From Felis catus (Eukaryota): a DNA stretch of 64,000 nt. The notes beneath the pieces are model-generated. The model saw only the letters and a program-made list of their open reading frames with translations, was not told the origin of the DNA and made no database searches. Positions 63,426 to 64,000 of the stretch are shown piece after piece. The position numbers and the translations under genes were made by a program. The stretch lies in NCBI RefSeq assembly GCF_018350175.1, contig NC_058368.1:122266001-122330000 (forward strand), written 5' to 3'. Position 1 is the first letter of the stretch. Each line of letters begins with the position of its first letter.

Positions 63426-63933
63426 TTATTAAGTTTTATGTTTCCAGAGAAACAGAACCAATATGAGAAGAGAGAGAGAGGAAGAAGGAGAAAGAGAGAG
63501 ACTGAGATTTGTTATAGGAATTGGCTCACATGGTGATGAAGCTGAGAGGTCCCATCATCTGCCGTTTACATGACGGTGGTGTAACTCTATCCAAAGGACT
63601 GACAACTGAAGGGCCGATATCGGTCTCAGTCTGAGTAAGAAGGTCCAAAAAGCAAGAGTGTCAGGGTCCGAGGCAGGAGAAGAGGGATGTCTCAGCTCCC
63701 CAAGCAGAGATTGAATTCGCCCTTTCTTCACCTGTTCACTCTATTCAGGCCCTCAGTGGACTGGATGACGCCTACCTGCACTGGGGTGGGGGGCTGCTCT
63801 TTACTCGGCCTAGGGATGCAAATGCTACTCTCTTTCAAAGCCACCTTCACAGACGTGAGCAGAAATAATGCTTACCAGGGATCCGGGCATCCCCTTAGCC
63901 CAGCCAAGCTGACATCGAAGAGTAACCATCACG
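63426..63933 (-). mobile_element. MLT2-type (ERVL) solo LTR inserted in a MIR
   Basis: tccagagaaacagaaccaata, ggaattggctcac, caaatgctactctcttt and a terminal aaccatcac, the reverse of the TGTGATGGTT start. MIR sequence resumes on both sides. Confidence 0.88.
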
Positions 63934-64000
63934 GAAACCTTTTGTAGATGAGGAAACAGGCCCAAGGAACTCCCCCGTAACTGGTAGTCTTCTGATTCCA

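Noticed and set aside
1..64000. SCA12-type CAG repeat, Bbeta1 exon and WD40 exons of PPP2R2B
   Set aside because: Not found in the window. They are expected further downstream, beyond position 1.

Overview
Mammalian, almost certainly felid, genomic DNA, judged from young cat-type Can-SINEs (SINEC_Fc-like) and L1_Fc-like LINEs. It is the far 5' part of PPP2R2B (PP2A regulatory subunit B55-beta), transcribed on the minus strand. Only three short coding pieces can be supported. A distal first exon ends in ATG ATA CCT G (47428-47437). After a 120-nt intron comes a 78-nt exon (47230-47307), and together they give MIPGIGALAQDTLWCFSQVKGTIEIGATE, which resembles the B55-alpha/delta N-terminus. About 36 kb downstream is the Bbeta2 first exon (11487-11565), encoding the mitochondrial-targeting leader MKCFSRYLPYIFRPPNTILSSSCHTE. 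Both alternative exons end in CACGGAAG|GTA and both contain a second, out-of-frame ATG that stays open to the donor. The rest is intronic or upstream DNA dense in repeats: a full-length dead L1 (about 35962-42170), older L1 pieces, a three-layer nested L1/L1/tandem-SINE insertion, many Can-SINEs, L2, MIR, hAT MITEs, solo LTRs and microsatellites. There are no prokaryote-type systems such as CRISPR or operons. Nearly all listed ORFs are spurious or repeat-derived. Gene and repeat-family names come from recalled consensus sequences, not from a database search.
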